Positions 63,666 to 64,000 of a stretch of 64,000 nucleotides of DNA are shown one piece after another. Source of the stretch: Candidatus Moanibacter sp. GTDB taxonomy: Bacteria > Verrucomicrobiota > Verrucomicrobiia > Opitutales > UBA2987. Every line of letters starts with the position of its first letter. Within the stretch, counting starts at the first letter, position 1. The stretch is from contig CBDCEW010000102.1 of the NCBI GenBank assembly GCA_965215885.1, positions 96,001 through 160,000 of the forward strand, written 5' to 3'. The position numbers were made by a program, and so were the translations under genes. The notes beneath the pieces are model-generated. The model did no database searches. It worked only from the letters and a program-made list of their open reading frames with translations, and had not been told where the DNA came from.

Positions 63666-64000
63666 GGAAAGTCCGATAATTTACTTTTGGGCAAGGACCG
63701 GTGGAGGGGTTAGTAGAGGCACACGGTTTATAGCAGGGAACGCGCACCACCCCGGCACAAGACCCATCGTTCTGAATTTCGGTTGGCACGCAAATTGCGT
63801 GGAGTTCTCTGGTTAGAGCATGAAGAAAATGGGGAGCAGAGGGAGGGCACTGGAGTCGTTGTCAGGAGGCAATCCGATGGGGTTGCGGGTTTAAGGATTG
63901 ATCCTGGCGATTACAGACTTCGAAGAGTTCCTCAAGGAAGTTTTCTTTTCGCAGGAGCTTTTTGGGCAATCGACCCACGGCGAGGGTTTTTCTGTTCGCC

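Noticed and set aside
63784..63798. Sigma-54 motif TGGCAC-N5-TTGC
   Set aside because: No convincing plus-strand gene follows; the region lies 3' of a truncated minus-strand frame (ending near 63862) that cannot be identified

Overview
A 64-kb chromosomal window from a Verrucomicrobiota bacterium, probably Opitutales-like. The 16S carries GCTGCCACCCGTAGGTGT, the EUB338-III signature. Housekeeping content: a Fur-family gene followed by sufCBD-sufT-clpP, infC, ribBX-ribH-nusB-ftsY, aroB, lysA, and one full rRNA operon (16S-tRNA-Ala-tRNA-Ile-23S-5S, minus strand). There is also a selenocysteine cluster (SelW-like gene, selC, selD, selA, selB) in which two genes have in-frame UGA codons missed or truncated by the ORF track, an ECF sigma/anti-sigma cluster and a GbsR-ArsA pair. 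Three intact IS elements and several families of small repeats are present. The standout is an IS110 element (19551-21254) whose bridge-RNA logic can be read directly from the sequence. Its target-binding loop matches the reconstituted insertion site, its donor-binding loop matches the circle junction, and that junction would form a TTGACG-N17-TATAGT promoter. The target is the terminal repeat of a ~100-bp MITE, and an empty copy of that MITE lies at 60144-60243. A second unusual IS (25512-27285) has a 32-bp palindromic target duplication and an AbrB-like ORF that could fuse to the DDE transposase by -1 frameshifting. All protein calls come from motif recognition by eye; no database searches were run.
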